Shown here one piece after another: positions 23,119-30,796 of a stretch of 64,000 nt of DNA. Both the position numbers and the translations under genes were made by a program. Origin of the DNA: a virus. Within the stretch, counting starts at the first letter, position 1; each line of letters starts with the position of its first letter. The DNA lies in the IMG/VR virus record IMGVR_UViG_3300020429_000529, positions 326,762-390,761 of that record; one strand, given 5' to 3'. The notes below the pieces were generated by a model that did no database searches, was not told the DNA's origin, and was given only the letters and a program-made list of their open reading frames with translations.

Positions 23119-23907
23119 ATGAGAGTATCAAATGGATTAGTAGTCCTGTTCGATGAAAACGGACAGGACATCGGCGGCGTTGGAGATCCAATGAATCTCA
23201 CGCCCTCTGGTTCGGCCTTTCTAACGGACGGTCCCGCCACCAAAGTCATCAGCGCTTGTAAGGCGACGAATGAGGTTACGATCGAGGCTTGGGCCACTCC
23301 GGTAAACCTGACTGACTCTGGCCCCGCTCGTATCATCACGTTGTCCAAAGATGCAGGCGCTCGAAACTTCACGATAGGTCAAGAAGCAACCGTTTATGAA
23401 TGGCGTCTGCGAACGCAGGATACGCAGTCTAACGGACAGCCGTATGTAGAGCTTGGAGCCGTTCGTCTTCAGACTCAGCATCTCGTGTTGGTCAACGACA
23501 ACAATGCAAATGTCATTCTGTACGTTGATGGTCAAGAGATTCATCGAGAGATTCGTCCCGGCGGTCTTTCAACATGGGACAATAGTTACCGACTGGCGAT
23601 AGGCGATGAGATTTCTCGCGACAGACCTTGGGCGGGCACGTTTCATCTCGGAGGCGTTTACAACAGAGCGCTGACTGAGGCTGAAGTTCAGCAGAACTTT
23701 GCTGCGGGGCCCGATGGCGAACAAGAACCGCCCGAGCCGCCAGAGCCGCCTCATGACTATCTGGTACAGAATGTTGGAGCAGAGTGTTCTCTTTACATGC
23801 CGTCGTCAGCCAGCGGCGCAAGACGTAGAACGGCAAAAGGAAGAACCTACCCGGCGTATGCTGATAGCTGTATCTATTCGTATGGGACGCTATACGGAAG
23901 ATCGTAA
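23119..23907 (+). CDS. LamG/concanavalin A-like lectin domain protein
   Basis: AAGGAG RBS; LVLVNDNNANVILYVDGQEI...WAGTFHLGGVYNRALTEAEVQQNF is a LamG-type signature. Confidence 0.7.
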   Translation: MRVSNGLVVLFDENGQDIGGVGDPMNLTPSGSAFLTDGPATKVISACKATNEVTIEAWATPVNLTDSGPARIITLSKDAGARNFTIGQEATVYEWRLRTQDTQSNGQPYVELGAVRLQTQHLVLVNDNNANVILYVDGQEIHREIRPGGLSTWDNSYRLAIGDEISRDRPWAGTFHLGGVYNRALTEAEVQQNFAAGPDGEQEPPEPPEPPHDYLVQNVGAECSLYMPSSASGARRRTAKGRTYPAYADSCIYSYGTLYGRS

Positions 23908-23942
23908 AGGATTCGGGCTTTACTGCTTTGTATAGAGAGCGA

Positions 23943-24101
23943 TGAAGATCGCTGTCACTCTACAACTTCAGGCTTGCATCGAGTTCGCTCACGAAGACGA
24001 ATACTCAGAGACCCTGTTCCACATGATACAGCATCTTGAGGAACACGGGTTTTCTGTTAATATCGTTTCCGAAGAGAAGGTCGAGTCTCAGGACTCGTAA
24101 C
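23943..24101 (+). CDS. small hypothetical protein (52 aa)
   Basis: Short ORF in an otherwise noncoding gap; weak RBS. Confidence 0.25.
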
Positions 24102-24297
24102 TCCCTGCTTGCAATCTGAGACTGCAATTCAGGCATTGCTGACCGCTATCGGTCTTTTCTCTATTCTACCAGAATAGTTTCAGAAAAAAGACGAGGATGT
24201 ATCCTTGTCGCCCTGAATAGGTTGGATGGTAACTCGCTGGTAGCGTGCATATCCATTCGGCCAAAGAAGCAACATATGCTTTTCAGGGAGATCGTAC

Positions 24298-25320
24298 ATG
24301 GCTAATCCATCATTCGATCAAATTTCTGCGCTTCTGCAGAACATCAGTATACTGTCAGGAACATCGTCGTCGCTTCATTCTGAGCTTTCATCCATAGCTT
24401 CGGAACTTAAAGGGCGAGAAGATAGTCGTCAGCCTCGTATCGGAAAACCATACAAGTCAGACATTGATTTGACGAGCGCTATTGAGAAGGCCCAATCGTT
24501 GCTAATCGAATCTGGTAGTCTTAGTAGCAACTTTGTAGATCTCATCAAGATCATTCAAGATAGGCCTGATGAGCCAGTAGTTTCAGGTTGGACACTTGAA
24601 CCGTCAACAAGAGTTTGGATGTCGGTCAACATGCCGTTGTATTACGGGGACCGACCGGGCTTTCCGTTGCTCAGAGAGCATATCGATCTTGCGAACCAAC
24701 TGAATGCAGGTTTGTTGCTCAACAATCTGTATGGGCAAAGAACTGGTCATCATTACGATGCGGGGTGGCCCGAGAGCAAGATCGAAGAGATCGAAGCCGA
24801 GTTTTCTCGGTACTCTGGCGCAGCAATACAGCTTTACTTGTGCATCAAAGAACGTCTCGAAGACGGATCGCTGATTGACGTAGATGATGATCGAGTAAGG
24901 GATCACTGGATCCCGTTGGTTGAGCAGCTACGGGGCTGGATAGGAGAGGAGCCCGCTATCGATATTGGAATCGATGTTGGTTCTGCGAATCCTTCGAGAT
25001 GGAAAGATGTGCATGAGAGATTGCTTGCTCCGAACGGTGTCATGAGAACTGTTCTTGAGGCATCTGTAAGAGACAGCAACGGATTGCCTGCTCTCGACGT
25101 TCCTCAAGAGTTCCTTCATCAGCACATATTGGCGAGATGGGGTTCCGTTGATCCGTTGCCAACTCTTGAGACGCCTGGTTCGGTATTGCTGTGGATGACG
25201 AATCATGCATGGCAGAATGAGGCCAACAAGCAGGGCGTCATCGAGCAGTCTTGGGAAAAGGGATATGCTCTTGCTCTCGAAGCGGAAGATCTTGAGCAGT
25301 TCTCTCACCTGTTGATTTGA
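24298..25320 (+). CDS. hypothetical protein
   Basis: GGGAGA RBS; 340 aa. Confidence 0.65.
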   Translation: MANPSFDQISALLQNISILSGTSSSLHSELSSIASELKGREDSRQPRIGKPYKSDIDLTSAIEKAQSLLIESGSLSSNFVDLIKIIQDRPDEPVVSGWTLEPSTRVWMSVNMPLYYGDRPGFPLLREHIDLANQLNAGLLLNNLYGQRTGHHYDAGWPESKIEEIEAEFSRYSGAAIQLYLCIKERLEDGSLIDVDDDRVRDHWIPLVEQLRGWIGEEPAIDIGIDVGSANPSRWKDVHERLLAPNGVMRTVLEASVRDSNGLPALDVPQEFLHQHILARWGSVDPLPTLETPGSVLLWMTNHAWQNEANKQGVIEQSWEKGYALALEAEDLEQFSHLLI

Positions 25321-25411
25321 GTTTCGGAGCCTCAAGGCGGAAACCTTTGGGCTCCATTGCGGTGTATTGGTAGATGCCAGGTGGCTTTTCTGCCGATACA
25401 ATGCGCATCGA

Positions 25412-25482
25412 GCGAGATTGATGTAGTGGTAACATGCCTGCCTTCCAAGCAGATCTCAGGGGTTCGAGTCCCCTATCTCGCA
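25412..25482 (+). tRNA. tRNA-Gly(UCC)
   Basis: gcgagat/atctcgc acceptor, anticodon arm ctgc-CUUCCAA-gcag, T-arm aggggTTCGAGTcccct. Confidence 0.75.
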
Positions 25483-25484
25483 TT

Positions 25485-25904
25485 ATGACAAAACCAATGA
25501 AATGCATCATCTGCGAAAAAGAACTGGAACCAGTTTCAGAGACTTCTCATATGCAGCCTTACGGAGGGGGAGAGGTCAAGGTCTCTTTCCACTATGGGAG
25601 CCGTTTCGATTGGCTCGGATCTCAGAGAGGAATCGAAGACCCCAACGCTCCCGTTCAACCTGATCCTATCGCAAAGATCTTCGGCAAGAAGAGCGACAAG
25701 ATGGTTCGGGTTATATCCGAAGAGCATCCGGGCACAACCGAGCCTGTTGATGGCGCTCTCAATCATGAGAAGCGGGCCATTCAACTGACAAGCTGCTCTC
25801 ACATCTACGGCGTCATGTGCGATGACTGTTTCGAGGCGAAGGCTCATCTTTTCCAGGGTTTCGTCAGACCGCCAACTCCCAAACTCAAGTTGACCGTCGA
25901 ATGA
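25485..25904 (+). CDS. hypothetical Cys-containing protein
   Basis: First ATG after the tRNA within ORF 25434-25904. Confidence 0.45.
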   Translation: MTKPMKCIICEKELEPVSETSHMQPYGGGEVKVSFHYGSRFDWLGSQRGIEDPNAPVQPDPIAKIFGKKSDKMVRVISEEHPGTTEPVDGALNHEKRAIQLTSCSHIYGVMCDDCFEAKAHLFQGFVRPPTPKLKLTVE

Positions 25905-26050
25905 CAGAAGAACAGCTACATGACAAGATCAAAGAATGGCATAACTCCAATTCAGAGTTGACCATTTATGAGTATCTTGGTTGGACCCGAGAAGAGTATG
26001 CTCGTTGGATAGAAACCTGCGAGATGCCAGATCGTATTACGCCTCCTTAG
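25901..26050 (+). CDS. small hypothetical protein (49 aa)
   Basis: ATGA overlap with the upstream stop; its TAG stop is the tRNA's U8-A9-G10. Confidence 0.35.
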   Translation: MTEEQLHDKIKEWHNSNSELTIYEYLGWTREEYARWIETCEMPDRITPP

Positions 26051-26111
26051 TGTCAACGCAGCACGCTCCCCTTGTAAGGAAGTAGTGTCGGTTCAAGTCC
26101 GGCAGGAGGCT
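26041..26111 (+). tRNA. tRNA, anticodon tentatively UGU (loop CUUGUAA; anticodon stem has a mismatch)
   Basis: gcctcct/aggaggc acceptor, T-arm gtcggTTCAAGTccggc. Confidence 0.55.
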
Positions 26112-26130
26112 TTTACAAATCGTCTCTATT

Positions 26131-26157
26131 CACGAAAAAGGCCCCCTTTCGGGGCCT
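26131..26157 (-). terminator. rho-independent terminator for the minus-strand gene 26182-26391
   Basis: ggccccctttcggggcc hairpin with an A-run on the + strand (U-run on the - strand). Confidence 0.6.
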
Positions 26158-26181
26158 TACTTCTTTGACAAGTTACTGTCG

Positions 26182-26391
26182 TTAGTCGATGTCGTGAACG
26201 TTGCGGACTGTCAGGCATTGCCAGACAAAGCTGCTACGTTCTTGGGTGTAGGGGCTATCCCCAAACTCCTTGAGCGCATCGTTGTGGGCGTTGATAACGA
26301 TTGCTGAACCAGCAATACAGACGCCGATACCGAGAAAGAAACCAACCAGACCCCCAATGAATCGGGGGCTCTCCTTGCTGCTCTGGGCCAT
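26182..26391 (-). CDS. small membrane protein
   Basis: AGGAGAT RBS on the minus strand; hydrophobic core GGLVGFFLGIGVCIAGSAIVI. Confidence 0.55.
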   Translation of the reverse strand: MAQSSKESPRFIGGLVGFFLGIGVCIAGSAIVINAHNDALKEFGDSPYTQERSSFVWQCLTVRNVHDID

Positions 26392-26572
26392 GTATGTATC
26401 TCCTGTCTAAGGCTTGAAGCTCACTTGCCTCAGGGATTCGATCTCTTCTCTCGCTTTCCTTCTGATTACCAGGAAACTCTTGGAGATTTTAGGGAGGAGG
26501 ATTGAAGCTGAGACTGCATGTAATACACAGAGCCGAAAGAGTTCAACTCAACAGCTATTAGGAGAGAGAATC

Positions 26573-26872
26573 ATGCCTCAGTGCGTAAAATTCCCAAGTC
26601 AGGAAGGCAAGCCAACAACGCTTCCAGGAAACTTTGAAACCTACCTGAGTGCGGATGGCCGCAATGCTTGGATGGAATACATTCGAGACAAGGTAGAATG
26701 GGGATCCTGGCGTCAGGCAGAGCAGAAGCTCTATGCCATTCAGCTTCGCCAGAACGGAACAAACACAGACCTTGCTTCGGCATTCCTCGCCCGCGAGCGT
26801 CCTTTCCGCAGAGCGGAAGAGGATATGTTTGATCTTGCGAAGGCATGGGTCGCCGCAGGTCCGATTGAATAA
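26573..26872 (+). CDS. hypothetical protein
   Basis: Internal ATG with TAGGAGAGAGAA RBS in ORF 26414-26872. Confidence 0.5.
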   Translation: MPQCVKFPSQEGKPTTLPGNFETYLSADGRNAWMEYIRDKVEWGSWRQAEQKLYAIQLRQNGTNTDLASAFLARERPFRRAEEDMFDLAKAWVAAGPIE

Positions 26873-26984
26873 CGCTTCGCGTTGTCTGCGCCAACTGGTA
26901 CTTGGCCCCCGCTGTCCATTCTGACCGAGTGGACAGCGGTTTTCATTCCGGTGCATCGAGACGATAGTAGAATAGGTATGAATC

Positions 26985-27212
26985 ATGATGCGCCCAAGTT
27001 GGACAGCACAGACAGACGAAGCGCGGTTTCTATTTTCGCGCGCAGAACGAATCATCGAGGACTCTCGAATCGATGAGTTCGTTGGTCCAGCATTGTCCGA
27101 CGAGGAGATTGAGTTAGCGCACAAGGCCATTCGGATGCTCGCTCAAGCGAGATTGATCGAAGCCAATCACCGACACAGATGCAGACGAGAAAGCGATGAC
27201 GCGAGCGACTGA
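26985..27212 (+). CDS. hypothetical protein
   Basis: 75-aa ORF. Confidence 0.4.
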   Translation: MMRPSWTAQTDEARFLFSRAERIIEDSRIDEFVGPALSDEEIELAHKAIRMLAQARLIEANHRHRCRRESDDASD

Positions 27213-27972
27213 TCTGATCTATGGGAACTACAAAGTTCTCTCGCCTGAAAACCAAGTCATGTTCAGGTGCAACAAGAAGCGATACAACTGGTATCTGCAA
27301 AGAGGTCTGGCCGAGGAGATCGGGGACAAGACTATCCGTCTGACGTTCACTCCGAACGGCGGAGGTTACGCCAAGAACTCGTTCTACACGCAGGACCGAG
27401 AGAATCGTTGCGTGATCTGCGGGACGAGAGAATCCCTAACCAGGCACCATGTTGTTCCTCATTGCTATCGCAAGCACTTCCCGGAAGATCTCAAGCGCAA
27501 TAACTTTCATGACATCTTGCCTGTTTGTCTTGATTGCCATGAAGAATACGAGAGCAACTATTCGCTTCAGATGCGCAAGCGTTTGGAGAAGAAGTATGAT
27601 GCGCCGTTGCAGGGCAGGGGCTACACCGAAGCGGATGATGACTATCTGCATGCTATCCGTTTGGCTGGATGCTTGATCGATTATGGAGATCGCATACCAG
27701 AAAAGCGACAAGAAGAGATGAGAGAGATCATCCGAGGCGCTACAGGCAAGGAAGTTGACGAACGTCTTCTGATTGAGTTGGCAAATGACAAAGTGAAGAA
27801 GCTCTCACGAAGCGAGCATTTCTGTTCGCATGGCGAGCTTGTTATGGATCAGGTCGAAGATATTCAATCATTCGTGGAGGAATGGCGGCTCGATTTTCTG
27901 GAGAATATGGAGCCGAAGTACCTTCCGAAAGGCTGGAAGGTCGATATGCCTGTAGACCATCACCTTGTATGA
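27196..27972 (+). CDS. HNH endonuclease domain protein
   Basis: CVICGTRESLTRHHVVPHCYRKHF...CLDCHEEYE is an HNH/zinc-finger nuclease signature. Confidence 0.6.
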   Translation: MTRATDLIYGNYKVLSPENQVMFRCNKKRYNWYLQRGLAEEIGDKTIRLTFTPNGGGYAKNSFYTQDRENRCVICGTRESLTRHHVVPHCYRKHFPEDLKRNNFHDILPVCLDCHEEYESNYSLQMRKRLEKKYDAPLQGRGYTEADDDYLHAIRLAGCLIDYGDRIPEKRQEEMREIIRGATGKEVDERLLIELANDKVKKLSRSEHFCSHGELVMDQVEDIQSFVEEWRLDFLENMEPKYLPKGWKVDMPVDHHLV

Positions 27973-29468
27973 CGAACATCGACTACAAAGATGACGAGCT
28001 ATTCGAAAGCTCTTTCATGTTCTCCAAGATTGGCAAGTGTCTTGTCTCTCTTGAGGGACGTTTTCTCAAGGTAAATCCTGCGCTCTGTTCTATTCTCGGG
28101 TATTCTGAGAAAGAACTGCTTTCGATTACGTTTCAAGAGATCACGCATCCAGACGATCTTGACATAGATGTAAAGCAGGTAAAAAGATGTATAGCAGGAG
28201 AGATATCAACTTATTCTCTTGACAAGAGATACATCAAGAAGAATGGCAAGGTCGTTTGGGCTGAGTTGAATGTTGCAATCACGAAGAGTCCGTCACGGGA
28301 TGACTTCTTTATCGTTGAAGTTGTCAACATTCAAGACAGAAAGACTCAAGAGAAGCTGCTTCTCAAGCATGAGGCATCTCTAAGAGACTACAGAGATAGG
28401 TTGGAGATTGCGCTTGATGCAAGTCAGATAGGTATTTGGCGATGGTATCCCGAAGAGGACAAGCTCGAATGGGATGACCGTATGTTTGAGATCTTTGGAG
28501 TTGAACGAAATGAGTTCACTGGTAAAGTTAATGATTGGCGTCTGACTGTTATCGAAGAAGACAGAGCCAAAGCGTTTTCGTATGTATTGGAAAGCGTACA
28601 GAAGGGTTTGCCATTCGAGACCGAGTTTCGTATCTATCGCAAAGGCGAGGTTCGCTATATCGCTGCCTATGGCCTTCATGACATAGACAGCACGGGCGAA
28701 GTAATCAGCATGATCGGCGCAAACTACGATATTACTGATCTGCGAATCGCTGAACAAAACCTGATACGATCAAACGTAGAACTTGAGAAGTTTGCGTATG
28801 CTGCCTCTCATGATCTCAAAGAACCGCTTCGGACAATCGGCGGTTTTGCTACGTTGTTGAACAGCAATCATAGGGAGAAGCTTGATGAGCAAGGACAGAA
28901 GTTCCTTGACTTCATTCTGCAAGGCTGTCAGAAGATGCAGTCTCTCATTGATAGTCTGTTGAACTACTCGAAGGTTGATAGGAGGCTTACTGAAGGTTTC
29001 CAAGAAGTCGATATGAGGGCAAAAGCAAAGAAGGCTTGCGAGTACCTGATTGCAAAGATTAGCGAGGTTGATGCAGATGTTGTTTGGGAGGAAGATCTAC
29101 CTGTTGTTTGGGCTCATCCCGATCTCATGCTACAAGTTGTTTTGAACCTTGTTCACAACGCTCTCAAGTTCCGTCATCCTGATCGCAAATGCAAGATCAG
29201 CATCAACTGGGAAGATTTGGGGCACTTGTACCGATTCAATATCACAGACAATGGGATCGGCATCGAAGAAGAGTATCAGGAGCAGATTTTCAGCCTGTTC
29301 CAAAGGCTTCATGACAGGTCTATGGAGGGATCAGGTATGGGGCTTGCTCTTTGCAAGAAGATCATAGGAAGCTTCGGCGGTCAGATATGGGTCGAATCCG
29401 AATACGGGAAGGGTTCGAAGTTTAGCTTCACGATTCCAAAGGGGAGGGGAGAAAATGAGGGTAGCTGA
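27969..29468 (+). CDS. PAS-domain sensor histidine kinase
   Basis: ATGA overlap; PAS repeats, H-box HDLKEPLRTIGGFATLL, HATPase_c region with GSGMGLALCKKI. Confidence 0.8.
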   Translation: MTNIDYKDDELFESSFMFSKIGKCLVSLEGRFLKVNPALCSILGYSEKELLSITFQEITHPDDLDIDVKQVKRCIAGEISTYSLDKRYIKKNGKVVWAELNVAITKSPSRDDFFIVEVVNIQDRKTQEKLLLKHEASLRDYRDRLEIALDASQIGIWRWYPEEDKLEWDDRMFEIFGVERNEFTGKVNDWRLTVIEEDRAKAFSYVLESVQKGLPFETEFRIYRKGEVRYIAAYGLHDIDSTGEVISMIGANYDITDLRIAEQNLIRSNVELEKFAYAASHDLKEPLRTIGGFATLLNSNHREKLDEQGQKFLDFILQGCQKMQSLIDSLLNYSKVDRRLTEGFQEVDMRAKAKKACEYLIAKISEVDADVVWEEDLPVVWAHPDLMLQVVLNLVHNALKFRHPDRKCKISINWEDLGHLYRFNITDNGIGIEEEYQEQIFSLFQRLHDRSMEGSGMGLALCKKIIGSFGGQIWVESEYGKGSKFSFTIPKGRGENEGS

Positions 29469-29889
29469 GATTCTCCTTGTTGAAGACAACCCTGCAGACA
29501 TTGAGCTTACAAAAGAAGCTCTGTTCGCTGAACGTTTTCAAGTCAACTTGCATGTCGTTACAGATGGCGTTGAGGCTATACGCTTTCTAAACAGAGAAGG
29601 AGAGTATGCTCACGCCATTCGGCCTGACATCATTTTTCTGGATCTCAATCTCCCTAAGAAAGACGGCAGGGAGGTACTTTCTGACATAAAATCGAACGAT
29701 AAGTTCAAGAGTATACCCATTGTTGTGCTTACAACTTCTGACAATGCCAGCGATGTCAATGATAGCTACCAGAAATACGCAAACTGCTACATACAGAAGC
29801 CCATGGACTTTGTGGCCTTCAGAAGAGCCATACAATCCACAAAGAGTTTCTGGTTTACAGTTGTAAAGCTACCAGAGGGAGGAGGATGA
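29455..29889 (+). CDS. response regulator receiver protein (CheY-like, single domain)
   Basis: ILLVEDNPADIELTKEA...IIFLDLNLPKKDG...KSIPIVVLTTS. Confidence 0.8.
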   Translation: MRVAEILLVEDNPADIELTKEALFAERFQVNLHVVTDGVEAIRFLNREGEYAHAIRPDIIFLDLNLPKKDGREVLSDIKSNDKFKSIPIVVLTTSDNASDVNDSYQKYANCYIQKPMDFVAFRRAIQSTKSFWFTVVKLPEGGG

Positions 29890-30311
29890 TGGAAACAGTC
29901 AAGATCTTGCTGATAGATGATGACATCGCCTTCTGCGAACTGTTCAAAGCAAATCTTTCGCAGTTTGACTCTGGCGTGGAAGTCGAACTATCGGTTGCAT
30001 CAACCGCCGATGATCCGCTTGTAGATGCCAATAATCAGGACATTTACCTTGTTGATCACAGATTCTATGGAAGGCCCATGGCTCCTGAGATCGTCAAGAG
30101 GATCAAGAGGAATGGAGAGGGCAGGATATTCGTCATCTCGAAGTTTGGAGATTTCGATCTGCTCAAAGAGCTTCTAAACCTCGGCATTAGTGGATTCATC
30201 GATAAGGACGAGATAGACTACGCAGAGTTTTTGAAGTTCTGTGAGAGCATTTCTCAGACCAAGACTTCGCTTGAAGCGATTACGATGAAGTTGAACAGAC
30301 TCGGAGATTGA
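29886..30311 (+). CDS. receiver-like domain protein
   Basis: ATGA overlap; KILLIDDDIAFCELF...IYLVDHRF divergent receiver fold. Confidence 0.55.
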   Translation: MMETVKILLIDDDIAFCELFKANLSQFDSGVEVELSVASTADDPLVDANNQDIYLVDHRFYGRPMAPEIVKRIKRNGEGRIFVISKFGDFDLLKELLNLGISGFIDKDEIDYAEFLKFCESISQTKTSLEAITMKLNRLGD

Positions 30312-30372
30312 GTCATGAGTATTGAAAGGCTGGTTCCCTTGTAGTTAGTCCATAACTGCAAGGAGAATCAGA

Positions 30373-30714
30373 ATGAACAGAGCAGAACGTCGCAGAAGAA
30401 CCCGTAAGGTTCAACTCCGTCGATACCGGCTCATCCGTTACAGAAATGATACGGACGGTCACTACTCTTGGAGAGGGGAGTGGCAAGAGCCTATGTGGTG
30501 GTTCGACCACGAGAAAGATTTCGGACAGCTTCGCAACGACCAGAACTCAGATTATGCCTGTTGGTTCAAGGCTCATGAGAGAGATCTCTGGGCAATGGGC
30601 AAGCGAGTCAAGGCTATTCGTGCCAACCTGGATTTTGCAGAGGCGCTCGAAGAGCAGGGCTTCACTCATAAGTTGAGGATGAGTATTTACGCAGGCACCG
30701 GCCTTTGGGATTAG
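30373..30714 (+). CDS. hypothetical protein
   Basis: AAGGAGAA RBS; 113 aa, basic N-terminus. Confidence 0.6.
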   Translation: MNRAERRRRTRKVQLRRYRLIRYRNDTDGHYSWRGEWQEPMWWFDHEKDFGQLRNDQNSDYACWFKAHERDLWAMGKRVKAIRANLDFAEALEEQGFTHKLRMSIYAGTGLWD

Positions 30715-30796
30715 CAGGTGCAGGCGTTTCTGCGTACAATATAGGTGCGCCGCTGTATCGGACAGCGACCGATGAAACATCTGACGGAGATCGCCC

